Source: Felis catus (lineage: Eukaryota). From it: a stretch of 64,000 nucleotides of DNA. This document shows positions 63,781-64,000 of this stretch, piece by piece. Position 1 is the stretch's first letter. Each line of letters starts with the position of its first letter. The notes under the pieces are model-generated. The model saw nothing but the letters and a program-made list of their open reading frames with translations. It was not told where the DNA came from and made no database searches. The position numbers and the translations under genes are program-made. The stretch is from contig NC_058383.1 in NCBI RefSeq assembly GCF_018350175.1, forward strand, positions 15,316,001-15,380,000. The letters are read 5' to 3'.

Positions 63781-63904
63781 AGTACCCTGTTTTCACTAGT
63801 ATATGACAAATTTATAAACACTAACCATTTCTACCAGACATATAGTACTTCTCAGTAAATTTTAAATAACTTGTACTAAAAATCACATGCTATAATTTGG
63901 TTGA

Positions 63905-64000
63905 GTTTCTTTTTAAGTTTATTTATTTTGAGAGAGAGAGAAAGAGCATGTGTGTGCATGCACACATGTCAGTAGGGAGAGGGGCAGTGAGGCAAAGAGA
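63905..64000 (-). mobile_element. Can-SINE 3' part (runs off the window)
   Basis: tttatttattttgagagagagag. Confidence 0.85.

Noticed and set aside
1..64000. A prokaryote-style novel system (CRISPR array, operon, defence island)
   Set aside because: The sequence is a felid intron-rich locus; recurring repeats are dispersed SINEs with TSDs, not repeat-spacer arrays.
1..64000. SINE orientation bias (about 25 antisense versus 14 sense to TYW1)
   Set aside because: The direction is as expected but the count is too small to be convincing.

Overview
This window is mammalian genomic DNA from a felid (cat family), shown by about 39 Can-SINEs with cat-type diagnostics and L1_Fc-type 3' ends. It lies entirely inside the TYW1 gene (radical-SAM wybutosine biosynthesis enzyme) on the minus strand. 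Three consecutive coding exons are present (41335-41444, 30731-30908, 12857-12992), all with AG/GT borders and compatible phases; they splice into one open stretch of the radical-SAM domain. The rest is intron, densely filled with Can-SINEs, L1s of several ages, L2/MIR, MER21/MLT1/MLT2 solo LTRs, hAT and Tigger MITEs, and microsatellites. None of the ORF-track entries is a credible independent gene. I see no new multi-gene system. The best leads are small-scale: a perfect 21-bp-arm hairpin that may be the remodelled counterpart of the human TYW1-hosted MIR4650 hairpin; a 25-nt tailless U6 retrocopy with a TSD; two candidate L1 transduction events; templated-insertion repair scars; and a CpG-retaining intronic patch. 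Repeat subfamily names come from recognising consensus motifs, and borders without a TSD are approximate.
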